Shown piece after piece: positions 62,324 to 64,000 of a stretch of DNA of 64,000 nt (its first letter is position 1; each line of letters begins with the position of its first letter). The DNA is from Octopus sinensis (lineage: Eukaryota): contig NC_043009.1 in NCBI RefSeq assembly GCF_006345805.1, positions 26,474,001 to 26,538,000 on the forward strand, written 5' to 3'. Both the position numbers and the translations under genes were made by a program. The notes below the pieces were generated by a model. That model did not search any database. It saw only the letters and a program-made list of their open reading frames with translations, and was not told the origin of the DNA.

Positions 62324-62360
62324 TCTAAAGGAAGACCCAGTTGTCTGGAGGAAGATGTGA
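62299..62360 (-). CDS. CCDC138: CCDC138 exon 1 in window; probable ATG at 62323 (MASKDSDI, ends phase 1)
   Basis: Strong acceptor ttggtttttgtttcag| and donor ttg|gtaaga. The phase-1 end joins the next exon (g+aa = E). The frame is open upstream of the ATG, so an earlier start is possible. Confidence 0.7.
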
Positions 62361-62543
62361 CTGAAACAAAAACCAACAGTAAGAAACAATAATTCTATAT
62401 ATATATCATTTAACAGCCATCTTCCATGAATGCATGGGTAGGATGGTTCACAGGAGCTGGCCAGGTAGAAAAACTACCCTATGCTATTCATAAGTGTGTG
62501 TATATAAGTATAGGTGCATACATATATATACAGAGAGAGATGT

Positions 62544-62603
<60 letters not shown>

Positions 62604-62635
62604 TTACTTGGCAATGGATGCATGGCATTCAATCA

Positions 62636-62687
<52 letters not shown>

Positions 62688-62746
62688 CATATTATTATTT
62701 GATTGAATGCCACACATCCATTGCTAAGTAAGTTTATATATATATG

Positions 62747-62777
<31 letters not shown>

Positions 62778-63163
62778 ATCATCATCATCGTTTAACGTCC
62801 GCATTCTATGCTAGCATGAGTTGGACGATTTTGACTGAGGGCTGGCGAACGAGATGGTTGCACCAGTCTCCAATCTTGATTTGGCAGAGTTTCTACAGCT
62901 GGATGCCTTTCCTAACACCAACCACTCTGAGAGTGTAGTGGGTGCTTTTTACATGCCACCGGTACGGTGACCAGTCAGGCGGTACTGGCAACGACCTCGC
63001 TCAAATCCTTTTACACATGCCACCAGCACAGGTGCCAGTAAGGCGCCGTTGGTAATGATCACACTCGAATGGTGCCCTTTTACATGCCACTAGCACGGAA
63101 GCCAGTTGGCTGCTTTGGCAACGATCACGCTATACATATATATATAAGTATATATAAAAGTAT

Positions 63164-64000
63164 ATCATCATCATCATCATCATCGTTTAACGTCCGTTTT
63201 CCGCGCTAGCATGGGTTGGACGGTTCGACCGGGGTCTGGGAAGCCAGGGGCCGCTCCAGGCTCCAGTCTGATCTGGCAGAGTTTCTACGGCTGGATGCCC
63301 TTCCTAACGCCAACCACTCTGTGAGTGGAGTGGGTGCTTTTTACGTGCCACCTGCACAGGGGCCGGGGGGGCCAGTATCGGTCACGATCGGTTCGAGCTT
63401 TTAACGTGCCAGCGGCACGGGGGCAACGGGATCCGGGGTACTTTGAATGGGTAGGGGGTATGTGGAATTGCTGCAGAAAGCAGCCCGGGTCTTTGCAGTC
63501 ACAGTATATCTCCAGAGATCTCGGTCCTTCGCCATTGCCTCAGTGAGGCCCAATGCTCTGAGGTCATGCTTGACTACCTCATCCCATGTCTTCCTGGGTC
63601 TACCTCTCCCCCTGATACCTTCAACTGTTTGGGAGTGGCACTTCTTCACACATCTCTCTTCATCCATCCGCAGCACATGACCATACCATCGCAAGCGTCG
63701 CTCTTGCACACCACATCTGATGCTTCTTATATCCAGCATTTCTCTCAGGATGCTTACACTCTGTCTTGCATGCACACTGACACTACACATCCAGCGGATC
63801 ATGCTAGCTTCATTTCTTTCAAGTCTACGCATGTCCTCTGCAGTCACAGCCCATGTTTCATTACCGTGAAGCATGGCAGTTCGTACACATGCATCATACA
63901 ATCTACCTTTCGCTCTGAGGGAGAGACCTTTTGTTGCCAGTAGGGGTAGGAGCTTTCTGAACTTTGACCAGGCTATTTGTATTCTAGTGGTGATACTCTC
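63164..64000 (-). mobile_element. Young RTE LINE 3' part (continues beyond the window)
   Basis: ORF 63401-63901 LYDACVRTAMLHGNETW...RRLRWYGHV...GRPRKTW; (GAT)n tail. Confidence 0.92.

Overview
AT-rich, microsatellite- and retroposon-dense animal DNA. The SINE/LINE families look like those of an Octopus genome (inferred by recognition, not by search). Almost the whole window is intronic sequence of one minus-strand gene, which I assemble by hand as CCDC138. It has 10 GT-AG exons with consistent phases between 62.4 kb and 15.9 kb, giving about 435 aa. The C-terminal exons were not found and presumably lie left of position 1. The introns hold tRNA-derived SINEs, RTE LINE 3' ends, R4/Dong-type REL-endonuclease LINE fragments sitting in (AAT)n tracts, a full-length mariner, other Tc1/mariner elements, piggyBac- and hAT-type MITEs, and Helitron/Helentron-like elements. 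The most interesting unexplained layer is RNA structure. There are five recognisable type I hammerhead ribozyme motifs in Penelope-like inverted repeats, two of them on the pre-mRNA sense strand. There are also at least six fold-back or inverted duplications, and a 21-nt exon/intron complementarity at exon 3. Nearly all ORFs in the supplied track are microsatellite or repeat read-throughs.
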